Shown here: positions 13,201-36,100 of the stretch, in pieces
Numbering within the stretch: position 1 is the stretch's first letter
How the letters are laid out: each line of letters opens with the position of its first letter
Source: Lingula anatina
Taxonomy: Eukaryota; Animalia; Brachiopoda
DNA: 64,000 nucleotides
Direction of reading: 5' to 3'
Assembly (NCBI GenBank): GCA_051362555.1
Contig: CM120647.1
Location: 17,832,651-17,896,650, forward strand
The notes under the pieces: model-generated
What the model saw: the letters and a program-made list of their open reading frames with translations, nothing else
Databases searched by the model: none
What the model was told of the DNA's origin: nothing
Made by a program: the position numbers and the translations under genes

Positions 13201-16200
13201 TACATCAAGTTCTCAAGTATCATACCTTTCTGATATCTTCCAGCCATAGCTTCAGGACGGCTGGCATTTATTCTGAGAAAATAATTTAATCCGAATGTAA
13301 GTTACTTATCACCATTTAGCAAATTAGTATGAGTGTCTAACAAGTTACAATAATACCAAATATAAATTGCCTTTGGAAAGTATTATACTTCATGTCACTG
13401 TAATAGAAGACTCTATTAAGACTTTCTTTTATCAAAACTATAGATCTTTCTGTTCATCAGTGTTCTATGTGAACTTTGCATTTTCCAATCAGTCAAGACA
13501 GCATCTGAATGCATTTTCAAATTTAGGCAAATACCAGAGTATATCCTCACTTTATATAAATAGAAGAAAAAAAAAAAGATTTGATTTTTCAAAACTTCAA
13601 ATGTAACAAATCTATACATAAGGTGAAAATTTCAGTCATTCATAGGTGCAAAAAAATAAAATAATAATAATAATAAAAAATAATAATCAATAATAACAAA
13701 ATTGATTATAACTAGAGGATCAGAGAGGCGATACCGCCTCCGGATATTGTACCACCAGCTGGAGTAAGCGCATTCGTATGGACCCCCCCCTTCCAAAAAG
13801 GGACACCATCACCAGTCTTGTGCTTGACAAGCTCTATAAGATTTTCGAATTGACTTGCATTTTCCTACCCTTGATCACTCCTGTATTCTCTAGACAAAAG
13901 GCCTATTGGTTTTCCTTGAAAAGTATTGTTAATGGTGCATATATGCTGACAAAAGAGAAAACCTAGGGGCAACAAGGGGCACATCTCTGCTAGTTTTAAA
14001 GATATGAGAGGCAAGAAAATATGCAAAGCTCAGTTCATGGTGAAAAAGTAGGTCAAAGGTCAATTTCAATATCATAGTTTATGAATTTCTATTTAAGTTC
14101 AATAGCAACCATGGGCATTTCTTTGCCAATTTTGCAGATTTAAAGGCCTGAAAACATGCAAAAAGCAGTTCATCATAAAAAGTAGGTCAAAGGTCAATTT
14201 CAAGGTCACAGATTGCTAGTGTATTACTTCCTATTCAAGTTCAATAGTAACTATGGACCTATCTCTGTCAGTTTTAGAGATAAAGGAGAAAGAAAATTTG
14301 CAAAGTTCAGTTCATAGTAAAAAGATGGTCAAAGGTCAATTTTAAGGTCACAGTAAATTGCCAGTATATGACTTACTACATGTACTTAAGTTCAATAGTA
14401 ACTATGGACCTATCTCTGCCAGTTTTGGAGATAAAAGGGAATGAAAATTTGCAAAGTTCAGTTCATGGTGAAAAGTAGGTCAAAGGTCAATTTAAAGGTC
14501 ACAGTAAATTGCCTCTGACTTTCTATTCAAATTCAATAGTAACTATGGGCGTATCTTTGCCAGTTTTGGAGATAAAAGGGAACAAAAATTTGCAAAGTTC
14601 AGTTCATGGTAAAAAGTAGGTCAAAGGTCAAATTTAAGGTCACAGTAAATTGCCAGTATATGACTTCCTTATTCAAGTTCAATAGTAACTTTGAACCTAT
14701 CTCTGCCAGTTTTGGAGATAAAAGGGAACAAAAATTTGCAAAGTTCAGTTCATGGTAAAAAGTAGGTCAAAGGTCAAATTTAAGGTCACAGTAAATTGCC
14801 AGTATATGACTTCCTATTCAAGTTCAATAGTAACTTTGAACCTATCTCTGCCAGTTTTGGAGATAAAAGGGAACGGAAATTTGCAAAGTTCAATTCATGG
14901 TGAAAAGTAGGTCAAAGGTCAATTTTATGGTCACTGTTAAATTGCCAGTAAGTGACTTCCTATTCAACTTTAATAGTAACTATTGACCTATCTCTGCCAG
15001 TTTTGGAGATATAATGTTACAATTCTGAGTTACAATAATGTGCCACCACAATGTACTTTTTAATACAGCATAACACGAAAACCGTATGAAATACAAAAAA
15101 ACGAAGACCACATGCAATGTTGGGCTTTACATGCTCTACAAAATGCAAAAAAGAACGGGTCGCTAGCATTAACGGTTCCCGAATTAGAGACAGTTTTCAG
15201 TTTCGGTATCTTATGGCCGCTTCTCCCGTGAAAATGCACCGATTGACCCCAAATTCACGGAGATGAAAGATGACCCAAAGGGTAACACTTTCCAATAATA
15301 TTATTGGTTAAGTCTGTGTAGTGTCTGAATAACAGCGCAAATAATATTTTTTTTGTAAAAAATTTCATTTTTTTGAAAATTTTGGCCTGTTTGACCTTGA
15401 AATAAAGGTCAAAGGTCAAATCCAAGGGCATATTTGAAATCTACACATATGACTTTTGGAAAGCCGTCTGTAGAAATTTTTCCCATAATTCCTTCCGTAG
15501 GGTAGATAATTGGCATTGAATTTTCAAAAATTTTGACAAGGGTGCATTTCAACAAGCGTCACGCCCAGGTTAATGCACCGACTGAGACAAAAAAATCTGG
15601 GGGTTCAAGTTGAGGTTATATGTGACCTAAATCCAAGAGATGGGGACAGGGGTCCTTGCGGTCTAGGAGGAGAAGCGGTAACGGTGACTTGTATCCGGCG
15701 CCAGTACGCGGAGCCGGCGGAGCTTACGGAGCCGGCGGAGCCAACGGAGCCGGCGGAGCCAACGGAGCCGGACGAGACGGGTCGGGACTAAAACCATGAG
15801 TACCGCCAGCGTACACGCTGGTGGTACTAATAATTATATCTGAGCAGTATAAAGTGACATAGCAGGGCACTTTGACAGCCTTATTGCTATTAGAGTCTGA
15901 GTAAAACCCATATGATAAATTAAAATTGCTGAGCAGATAGTATAAAGTATGAAATAATAGCCTTGTTTTCTCTGCATGGCAAGTCACTTAATATCAAAGT
16001 AACTATATATCTTGCATAATCTGGAGACATAACAAAATGACGTGCACCATTGTCCTCGTTGTTACTTAATTTCTTTCATACCCCATTAGACTTCCATGCA
16101 GACAACACTTTAATCTGTTTTGGTAGATGAAATTAATATAGTTTATAATAAGGATGAAACATAAAATCAGTCAGGTCATCATGTTATTTTGCCATGTAGG

Positions 16201-16759
16201 AATGTTTCACAATTTATTTGCAGAGTGAAAACTGTTATAACAACTCTTTAATCATACAACAGACCTCTTCTTGTCCATCTCATATATATATATAGCCATG
16301 CATGCACATTTCAACAATGCCATCTTGACCTACTGACATATTTAGAAATTCACTTAGTTTCAACTAGCTTGGTACCGTGTTTATAAGGGGCAAGCAATCT
16401 CACATACCAAAAACATGAATGCAAATCTTGATTCTCCCGACAAAAACATAAACTAAAATCTGTATCAAGCTGCCTTCATATCTCTCTGGTTTAATTTTAT
16501 TCAAAATGGCAGTCCATGCTAGAGCAAAAGTCAGATGTCAATCATTTTACATGTCGTCACAGAAACCACATTCTGATTGGTCACTGGTTGCTAGGATATA
16601 TGGTTGGTATCCGAAGGTGGTAAAAATGCTTTAATGGATGATTCAGGATTTTTAAGAGAAAGTGTTCAATCATAACTCTTGATACTTTATATCGTATACA
16701 ACAACAGAAATATTTACTGGCCCAAACTGCATGTATGCGGTTTTCTTTTTTCACTTCAG

Positions 16760-16791
<32 letters not shown>

Positions 16792-17938
16792 ATACGTTTG
16801 CTAATATCAAAATACTATATATTATAATAATTTGTGAAAAGATTCCATTACAAAGAATAACCATTTAAAAAACCAGATGAAAAATGGATACACCAACTGT
16901 TTTTTTTCCCTTTTATTTCACTTGCGTGTTTGCATAAAATAAATATATCTAATAAAGAAATTAATTCAATAATTACCGAAAGACAAAATAATTTTCATAA
17001 GAAAAAATCATTTGGGTAATAAATCTCTGCCTATATATTGTATGTATTTCTTAATTTCCCTGCCATCATTAAAATGTTTTGTGTTAATCGGCAATTTATA
17101 AATACATCAGTTATTATCACTCCACCATATACTGTTAATTAGGGAAAACCTACAGTTGGTCGTGGAATAACATAATTAACATCATTACCAATCCAACTCA
17201 AATATAAATAGAAATCAGATCCAAAATTATGCTCATGTGATAATTACATCAAAAAAAAAAAAATTATGTAAGCAGGAACTTTTTTACTTCACGTTGTAAA
17301 CACATGCAGTGGTTGAAAAAAACAAACAGATGATGCATGCTTGATACAATGTTGACTAATAAATAAATATCTTATGAACACTGTTTTGAATCATCTCTTA
17401 AAGTCAAGCAAATAAAGGGTAAAGCAAAAACAATTTAAATGACTCATTTTTTTTACTATTTTTCCCTTTCTTTTTCCTATACAAACCATTGTTTTGACAA
17501 GAAAGCATACCAAATCAGCACTGTTTTAATTCTACAATTATCATCTTAAACATAATCTTACATGTGATTAAAAAGAACACTACACAAATCATTAGGTGGA
17601 ATATGCCTAGAGAGTTTACATAAGAAAATAATACATAGAGACATAGGTTTTTATGTTGATATTATGATATAATACAGGGGGAGCCCCCCCCCCCCCCAGC
17701 TAGTCAAAATTCTAATTTCAAAGGGGACCAGAAATTGAAGGGGGGGGGGAGGTCCTGAGGGGGGGGGGGGGGGGTAAGGATTACATTTGAAACTGAATTT
17801 TTAAAAATAATTTAAAAAAAATTAATGTGCATTTTACCCAGCATTTCCCCTAGGGCTCTTCCTCACAGCTAATGGCTGGCTGCTATCCTGATGGCTACTG
17901 TCATGGTCAGTTCTGGATGGCTTTGCTTCCTCGGACAT
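67..17938 (-). CDS. ZMYND8: Zinc finger MYND-type containing 8 / protein kinase C-binding protein 1 orthologue (PHD-bromodomain-PWWP ... MYND); 3' end continues beyond the window start
   Basis: 22 phase-compatible GT-AG exons: 17938-17838, 13272-13226, 12945-12904, 11592-11395, 11005-10860, 10355-10212 (PHD: [37 protein letters not shown]), 9389-9276, 8989-8897, 8599-8512 (bromodomain: [42 protein letters not shown]), 8077-8022, 7709-7629, 7004-6889 (PWWP: [26 protein letters not shown]), 5638-5516, 5215-4248, 4014-3893, 3639-3504, 3307-2833, 2427-2257, 2103-1815, 1497-1344, 701-577 ([10 protein letters not shown]), 264-67 (MYND: [28 protein letters not shown]). The low-complexity N-terminal and central exons are less certain. 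Confidence 0.95.
1518..1770. repeat. 26-bp minisatellite (GCATAATATATAAGTATTGGTATACA)n, about 9 copies, in a ZMYND8 intron
   Basis: Tandem copies are directly visible and degenerate towards 1770. Confidence 0.9.
5804..6340. mobile_element. Non-autonomous DNA transposon (MITE) with CAGGG-type termini
   Basis: Imperfect TIRs CAGGGTTTGTAC / GTACGAACTCTG, clustered TTTCCAGG subterminal motifs at both ends, TTAAAA on both flanks. Confidence 0.65.
6711..6822. mobile_element. Short MITE; a related copy lies at 34876-35069 in the opposite orientation
   Basis: TIR AGGCCCGTAGCC / GGCTACGGGCCT. The internal TTTACCATGAAACCTTC..CTAGATAA matches the reverse complement of 34985-35015. Confidence 0.75.
7040..7331. 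mobile_element. MITE-like element with ~30-bp imperfect TIRs
   Basis: CCATTTTTATCACCATTTTCACAAGTCT is inverted against AGACTTGTGAAAATAATGATAAAATGG; G-rich interior. Confidence 0.6.
9630..10205. repeat. Compound (CA)n/(CT)n microsatellite field with decayed copies of the adjacent PHD exon
   Basis: Directly visible. It is the source of the spurious HT- and CV-repeat ORFs. Confidence 0.95.
13710..15830 (-). mobile_element. Non-autonomous Helentron/HINE-type rolling-circle element with an internal satellite
   Basis: 5' end: subTIR plus inverted repeat (AGTACCGCCAGCGT-AC-ACGCTGGTGGTACT, 15799-15828). Then an ACGG-based 18-bp repeat (15706-15780) and a central tandem array. 3' end: subTIR GTACCACCAGC (13749-13759), hairpin GAGGCG-ATAC-CGCCTC (13725-13740) and a CTAGTT end in an A/T-rich site, with no TSD. 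This is the established DINE-1/HINE layout. Confidence 0.85.
13965..15012. repeat. Tandem array of about 7 units of ~145 bp inside the Helentron-type element
   Basis: The GGTCAAAGGTCAA anchor recurs at about 14050, 14184, 14326, 14477, 14618, 14764 and 14909. Confidence 0.92.
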
Positions 17939-18433
17939 CCTGGAAAATTAATGATGATCCACAAATGAAAGAAGCCACTTGCAATAAGATCTCCAAAGGG
18001 ACAGTCACTTTCACAATTTCAACTCCAGTTAACGCTTGATCGCAGTCCTATCGTAGCCAACTATAAATGTGAAAGTTTACATACCCTTGATGGAGGTCCA
18101 AGTACAGTATAAACCAAGATTAGGACTTGGGTTTTATAGCAGTTAATTCTAAATTGTGATCAAGATCCCTATGAAACATATTCATAACATAAACTGAAAG
18201 TCCATAAGACAATGTAACAGTCTTCAAACAATGGCAGTTTAACTCCTATTTCAATGTCTGGCAAGATATCATCAGGGATTTCATTTTACATTCTTTTTTT
18301 CATGAAACTTCTAGAAGAAAAATTTAACCTCACATCAGTTTTTTGAGTAGATAGTATAAGACTGAAGAATAGAAATGAAATCCACCATCATATAAAGCAT
18401 CAAACGAAAAATTAGAGTGTACTCTCTCTCTCT

Positions 18434-18475
<42 letters not shown>

Positions 18476-18732
18476 TACACACACACACACTCACACACAC
18501 ACATTTACTGTACACACTCCCACAAGAAAAACATGTTAATCAAAGTTGTCTAAACATACACCAGTGAGTCCCTAAACTCTCCAACCTTCCCCTTTTCTCT
18601 AATTATAAATATCCTTAATTAATTAAAAGCACTCTGTTGGTAAAAAGCTCTCCTTTTTTTCTAACTAATGGTAAGTAAAAGCAAAACTAAGCTCTCCGTT
18701 GGCCAACTTAATTTATAATAATTAAGTGGTTT

Positions 18733-18764
<32 letters not shown>

Positions 18765-19270
18765 GTTTTTTTTTTGACAAACATATACCAAAGCCAGCTT
18801 ACAGTCCAGGGGGTTTATGAATACAAAACTGCTTTTTTAATTAAGAGTTCACTCCAAATCTCACCACAGTGAAATTAATTGTCTGCGCTGTACAGCTAAG
18901 GCACTGTTGTATGATGTATTCAGTTCAATTTTAAGTCCATTTCTGATTTAATTATCTACCAATACAGTGCAGAAAATCCCCCCTGGCCTGTAATTACTGG
19001 TACAGATTACGGGATTTGTGAGTTCACAAATCGCCAATTGCGAAAGTAAGATTCATCTACTTCGGCTGAAAACCCATATTGTCCAAACCGGTCATTACCC
19101 AAAATAGGTCATAAGAAAGAAAGAAAAAGAGACGAACGAATGAAGGGTTATTGTCCCACAACATAATCCAATGACCAAGAGCAGCAATGGCTTTTAATCT
19201 ATGACTTCTTAACGATCTTTGAAGTGGAAAGTTTTCCACCTACCCTTTTGTTTTGTTACGTGCTTAGTAC

Positions 19271-28841
<9,571 letters not shown>

Positions 28842-29421
28842 GTCAAGGTCACATGGTTGCCTGGCAACGTGAAATTCCAGTCATTTGAAAGGGAGCAGAG
28901 AGTTATGATATAAAATAAGACAACAGATGGCATCAACAGGAATTCATCTGGTAAATGATAAAATTTATGGTTCTCAGGTGTAAGTGAAGGGCTATATTAG
29001 TTATTTTGTAACTCAATCAGGTTTTTATGGATTTGCAAGAAGATATTTTGACCCAACAGTTGGCCATCTTTATCAGGGTGTAATCTTAATTCTTATTGCT
29101 CAGCATAGCTAAATAGGATAGATTGAGAGTTAGAAAGACCTTTTTGAGCTACGATGTAATGCTGATGTCAGAATTTTCATTTTATTTTGTTTTTAAGATA
29201 TTTGATAAACAAAGAGGCGATGTGTAATAATTCCTAATTGAGAGGACTTTATTTTTATGTTCATTGTGCCAGACTTTGCCTTCATAATAATTGGGAAATC
29301 ATTGATATGCCTCATTTATTAGATGTAGTTTAAAGTCTGTGTATGATATGGCAAACAGCCAACTAAAATTGGTTTTATTGGAAGAGTATTTTGAGCAGTG
29401 AGTGTTGTGACTGCACTGGTA

Positions 29422-29469
<48 letters not shown>

Positions 29470-29776
29470 GAGTTTTGTTGTAAAGCTGAGGGATTTCTTT
29501 AAGTTATCTTTATGATAATTTTTATCAAAGTGGTGCTGGGTTTCAATAGCCAAATATTCCAACTGGAGGTGTAAACCATTCTATTTATGAGAGAGAGTTT
29601 TCATAGGTTTGTCTCTCTTTCATGCCCCCTGCTCCCTCCCTTTGGGGCATATTTTCCTCTCGTCACAGCTCTTAAAGGCTCATAATTAGAGAGAAAATGA
29701 GCAGTTGCATCTAATTATTAACTTTTGAGCTAAAATAGCAGGGCAAGAAGAGATGGGGTTACATTGACGGGAAAAG

Positions 29777-29824
<48 letters not shown>

Positions 29825-32431
29825 AGGTGCTGCTGTAGTATCTGTAATATTGAAATCTTAATAAGAAGATTTGACATTAGGTGAGAATGGACACTAATTT
29901 GTTCAGTTGAGAGTATATTGGCATTGTAATTATAGTTCAGATGAAAACAGTGTTGCTTAAAATTTGCTTTAGGTTCATTTAATAGAGATGGGTGATGTCG
30001 TGACCTGTCTTATATAGATATGGTAGTTTCATCATTGTTGTGAGGGGAACGTTAATTTTTTTTTATCAAGTGCACTTTTTTTTTCAAAAGGAGTGTGCAA
30101 GAGGTTTTGAATTTAATTAATTATTATCATTTTTTTCTTTGTAGCAGTTTGTTTCTTTTAAATATTGTCATTGTTAGTTTAGTGGTAGCAGCTACAGGGG
30201 AATGTTTGTCCTGAAGGAGATCAATCGAAGTTCTGTTATCTTGGGAATGCTCTATATAGATAGCTATTATTTTTTAACAAAACAAAAAAAAACACCGATG
30301 TCATAAAAAGAAAAAAAAATGAGACTGGTTTCATTCCTTCTGTTGAAACTTCATCAACAGTTGTAAAAACGCTTTACAGAGTCACATAGTGTAGTCATTG
30401 CTGAAAGAAAATACTATGAACTGCAGTGTGTTAGGTATGTAGAACATATTGAATAAGTTATTTTAGAGGACTCAGTGTCTTGGTACATTATTAAAAAAAG
30501 AGTGGAGGTGTGTCTAAGTGTTGATTTGTCAGCTCAGTGTTTGCTTTTGTGCAAAAAAAAAGTCATAATTATCCATGTGATGTTGATTTCAAATAATACT
30601 TGCTTTGGTTAGTTTTTTTTTTTTTTTACATATCTTAAAGACACCATGGATAAAGAGGTAACAGTGTTAGGGCCTATTCAGAACAATTTGATCTGGGGAC
30701 TAAGATATCTGTGGATCAAATATGACTGACACACCTGAATACTTGCCGCATTATCTCCTAATAGACACCGAGTAGATTCCCCACAGGGATTCCGCGGTAA
30801 GTTTTCAAGCGGATCTGCCATATTTGAACCACGGATCTGTAGGTCCGCTGCACAACTTTAGTTGTGAATGCAGCCTTAATCTAGTATTTTAAAAAACGGT
30901 CACAGTAAACTCACCCCAACAGCTTTGTAATTATATGAATATATATCAGCTATATTATAGTATTATATCAGGACGTTACAAATACGTTCATAAAGACTTT
31001 TGCTTTCAGCTGTGGATGGGAAGTTGATCTGGGGTTTATAATGGCACGAGTTTCTAGAAATGAATTTCAAAATAATAAACAGGTGTCATTGTAGTAAAAT
31101 ATTTCATTTATTAGTAAGAAAAAGTTACACTTAAAGAAAGAAAGTTATAATGATAAAAAATTATATATATATATACTGATGATTTGTGGCAATTGATAAA
31201 TATCATAACATTATTACATAACAGAAGATAAAACTGTTCATACTGAAGATAAATTCTGACATGAAACAAAGATGTACGAAAATAGTTAGATAATAGCTTT
31301 CAAAAACAAAGCCTTAATCACCTTTAGAGTATTGCAGGATGTAAATACTCATTTATTCCTAAGTATCCTCAAATTTTAAACTGTTTGACAATTACCATAG
31401 GATTTATATTGATTTTTTTATCGATTTTTAAAAAATCTTCTTGTATACCGTATAGGTATTCCTTTCACACATGTAAATAAGGTAGTGATAACCGGAAAAA
31501 ATGTTTATATCAGTTGGTTATATTGTAACAGCACTTTGATTTTTATGAAGGATTCAATTTTTGTCCAAAATTATAGACATAGGTGGAAAAATAGTTTGTG
31601 CCCATGCACAGAAAGTGATTTTCACATCTTCTTGGGTGGAAATGTTGAATCTTTCATAGACTAAACCAAAAATACACCCAGTTAAGGGTTATACTCTAAG
31701 CACTGTACATGCTACATCACTTAAGACAGAAGTTCTAGGTATCAGGAAGTTTATCCCTGAAATATCAACATTCTCAATTTTTATTCATGGAGTATGGATA
31801 TTTCTAAAATGCAACTCTTGAAATACTTTTTAAAAGAAATCCAGAGTAGGTGACATGACTATTCGACTCACAGCTAAACAATAGGTGGCAGCACTGATCT
31901 GTAAACCTGCAATAGGGGACAGCACTGTACATATTGCACTAGTGCTGTACAAAATTGTGTAGAAGTTTGTGAATATTGTAATAAATTCAGATGAATATTA
32001 ATAAAGTCACATGTCAAACAAAATTATTGTTGTGTTGCACATTAAACTGGCTTTTGAGAAATGGACAGACTATTTAAATTGAATCAAGCCACTTAAAAAA
32101 ATTCATTATTTTTGTGTGTAAAATTAGTCGCATTGGAGCATAAACATATATGCTTGCTTTAATGCGAAATAAATGAAACAAGATTTTTGTTTGTTATTTC
32201 TAGGTCTATTTTAACCATGTTGAAAGATGTTGAAACCCCCTTAAAATTTAAACGTCACAAGACCTAAAGGTACTTTACGTCTGAGGAAATGTCTCAAAGT
32301 CCTGAATTATAACAATACACAGGAAGACATGGGGGTCTTAATAAATTGTGAGTTTGCTTACAACTATGTTATTTAATAAGTAAAGACAAAACGTGTCACA
32401 TGGAGCGTTTTTGAACCAAACTTTCGCTTTG

Positions 32432-33056
32432 CTAGAACTTCTTGTAAGCGCTGAACGCAGGGTTCTCGTAGGCCTGCGTCTCATCCGATTTCTTGTGCAC
32501 GTCATATTTATGCAGTGGCGGGAGATCACTCTGGAAGGATTTCCTGTACTTTGCTCTGTTCAGGTACGCCACGATCTGAAAAATTAAACCCAATCGGCAA
32601 TCCTCGGCTGATTCCGCAAGCTCCATACTATTGTCGAGTGCGGAGACATCCGAGTAGTTCCGAGTGAAATTAAACCAGTCTCTTATGGATCTATCTTCAG
32701 AACCCATAGCTGAGAGGAAGGGAGGGGAGTTGGGCTCTAAAGAAAAGCTTACTTTGACACTGAAGAAGCTTAAGGAAACTCTGACTTATTATCAAGGAGC
32801 AATTAGTCTTGACTTACATATGGAGAAAATGTTCACAACAAATTACTTTCAATTTAAAAGTTTAAAACAAAGAAAAAAATACGCTCCTGTCGTTATCAAT
32901 AATCTCTGAAATTTTATAATGGCTTGAATACGATTGAAAAGAAGCTTATGGTCAAACAAAATAGAAATGCCCTCGGTATGTAAAAACGATCTACAACCTT
33001 TTAGCCCTGCTAAAATTAAGATTAAAAAAAACAACAACAAACCAACAAACAAAGAA

Positions 33057-33106
<50 letters not shown>

Positions 33107-36100
33107 ACCACTACCGCAATGATGATCAGCACAACAAACACAATTCCTGCAGCGATAATTATCCACGTCCTCCACATTTCGTCCGTGTCCATGGTGGTCT
33201 TAGTCGGACTGACCCTTAGACCTGACAGCACCCGGCCAGCGTCCCTTCGGGCCTCGAAATCATCCGAGCTTGTCCAGATGGCGTCGTAGAGCCTCTCGTA
33301 GTACGTCAGAGCACTGGCGTTATCTCCCGCCATCACGTGTGCTCGGCCGAGGCCAAGAAGACTGGCTGTGTAGTGGTGAAATAAAGTAGAAATTATGTTT
33401 TAGTCCTTGAGCACTTCTGTTTACTTCTTTTTATTTATGCGCTCAGAAAACGCGGGTAGAAGTGCTTGAGAGAGAAATCTCGGGTTTGTTACAATTAAAT
33501 TCAACTCTGAGCTCACTTTAAAACTCGGACCTAGCCTCTCTTATGAACTAGAGCTTCGTAAGGACGATCGAAGCAGTTTGCAATTTTGTCCGCAATTTAG
33601 AATCTGAAGTTATGCGTAATAAAAATCAGATATCGTTAGTTTAGAGCGATAAATGATCGGATTTTGAAATTGATGAAAACAAATATTAAATAAGGAACCT
33701 CGCTAAAAATGCTCTTCGTATAAATGTCGCCTTAAATTTAAACAACAACAACTACAAATCTACCAATTAATTTATGCACATTGGTAAACAGCACCTGTTC
33801 TATTAGGATAATCCTTCAAGGCCCGGGTGTAGAGGGGAACAGCAGCGGCCCCGTCTCCACTCCCCAGCATCAAGTCACCGTAGAATTCATAGGTTGGAAG
33901 GAAGAGAAGGGTGGGGCTTGTAGTCAACAGGACCATTGTGTCCTGTATAGCCGCCGCCTGTCGCATCAGTGATAAGGCTTGAGTTACTCTTCCGCCACTG
34001 AAAGTAATGGGTGTTTTACTGCGTGTTCTTATGCTGTTGTATTTTTTCTTGATCTTTCATAATTTTTTGCTTTATTTTCTATCTTTCTTCAGTTGTGTAC
34101 CTTTCTTTTTTATTTGTATCCTACTTTCTTTTAAACTTACCTACTTTCCCTGGTGGCTTGAAGCTGTAGTTTCAGAATACGTATAGCTTTCGTAACATAA
34201 CTCCAGGCGGGAGTCTCCGCAGTTTTGCTGATCAGCTCATCCATGCGCGTTATAGCACTGTCCGCAAGGACAGACGCGCGTGAAGAGTTCAACTTCATCG
34301 CTTCCATAGCTCTGGCCTGCAGAAAACCGGCTTCCGTGTAGGATGACCAGAATAAGTCATTCTCAAGGGGAACGTAAGCCGGCTGATCGAAGGACAGACT
34401 GGTCATTTGCACCTGGAAGTGGTTTTAAAATGATTTTATTATTTGACAACTTTTCCAGTCTTATGAATCGAAGAAGAGGCTGGAATAAGAAAACAATTAA
34501 TTAATGTATTGATGTTCAGTGGACTTCTTCTTTCTTTGAGTCGTTAGATCAGTAAATGGCATAGAGCTGTAGTATTAAAATAGCATACGTTGACAAAAAT
34601 GCTTTTATCCTGCTTATAAACTTATACATGTACAAGTTATCGAGAGAGAGAGAGAGAGATTTTTAATCTTACATCATCGTAGTTTCTGGACTCAAGAAAC
34701 TGCCTCGCTATCATTCTATACCACGTCTGACGGAAGAAAAGATCATCGGGCACTGCCTGTAAGGCGCTGCGCATGCGCTCCATGTATTCAGCAGCTTTAG
34801 TGAAGCGCCCTTGCTGAAATAAGATACAAAGTGCACGTGAGCATTTGAATAGGAACAATATAACGTTTACCATTAAGGTCCGTAGCCAGAGAGGGTTGGG
34901 TGGGTGGGTGGGTGGAGGTAGAAAGACCTCCTCTGCCCCCCCCCCCCCCAATTGCTGGGAAAAGGTCTCCTTTGGGAAAAATTTTATCTAGATACACGAA
35001 GGTTTCATGGTAAAAGGTCCACTTATTCAGAAAAAGAACCCAATTTTGAAGTTGCTGGCTACGGGCCTGCCGGCTTTTATATTGATAATAAGATTTAATG
35101 TGTAGGCATATGCCTCTTTATTCCGAAAAAAAAAAGCCTCAGAAGCAGACGATCAAACTCTTGACGTAACAGATAAGTCACATAAACCTTTCAGTCCCTC
35201 ACCTGTAACAGGTAATACTGCAGGTATTCCAGGGAGTGATACCGGTTCCATTTGTCATAGGTAATGTCCCCATTTTTTCTCTCGTTGGCGAAATCGTCTC
35301 CCGCCTTCAGTGCCAGAACGTCCGCGTCCACTGCCTCCTGCCACAACCCGATACGAATAAAAATATGAGCCGGCATGTGATCGCCATGAGAGGCCACCTT
35401 GACAACCTGAATTTGAAACAAATAAATAGATAAAGAAATAAATAAAATAATTTAATCAATTAATAAAAGAAAAAATTAAGAATGGATTCTACTCCATATG
35501 TGTGATAACAAAGAATTTAGCCTGTAGAACAGTAGTCAGAATCTTAAAATAAATAAATAAATAAATAAATAAGCTGGATTGAGACCAAGACCTCACCTGT
35601 GGATATTTCTCCGCAGCAGCTAAACCCCTCTCGGCCACCCCGGGGTGGTGGAAGTCGAAGGCGTGCAGGGAGAAGTGGAGGCCCGCGGGGTGGTTAGGTG
35701 ACCTCTGCAGGACCGCATCCAGCACCGTCCTGGCCTCGTCGACTCGGTTGATCTCCAGAAGAGCTAGGGCGTAATACGAGGCCCCCACGTCATCATTAGG
35801 AGACCTGTCATACAACAGCTTCATTTTATCGGCAAATAGTTGGTTGCGTTGTTGGAGGTTTCCGGCCGAGGCGTTGCGAAAGAGCGTGCGGAGAGCGTCG
35901 ATGTACAAGTCTTCCGAGGGCGTCCTTGGCGCGGGACCGTATGTTCCCTCGCGTGGGTTCCACACCGAATTATTGGCGTCCATTCGACGGAAGATGGCGT
36001 TGGCGTCGTCCGGGAACTCACTATTCCAAAGAAACCATTTTTTACACAGTGCCTCGCCCCAGTAGGCCATACCAAAAGACGGGTCCAAATTCTGTGCTTT

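Noticed and set aside
13965-15012. CRISPR-like appearance of regularly spaced repeats (also the mucin VNTRs)
   Set aside because: The sequence is eukaryotic, whole units repeat with no unique spacers, and there are no cas genes.
15573-15791. ORF ending in EPAEPT repeats
   Set aside because: Translation of the Helentron's 18-bp repeat; no coding context.
32576-32707. Upstream extension MGSEDRSIRDW... of the last TPR-gene exon
   Set aside because: Its acceptor phase does not match the phase-0 donor, and it would interrupt the TM helix. The acceptor at 32576 gives a continuous TM.
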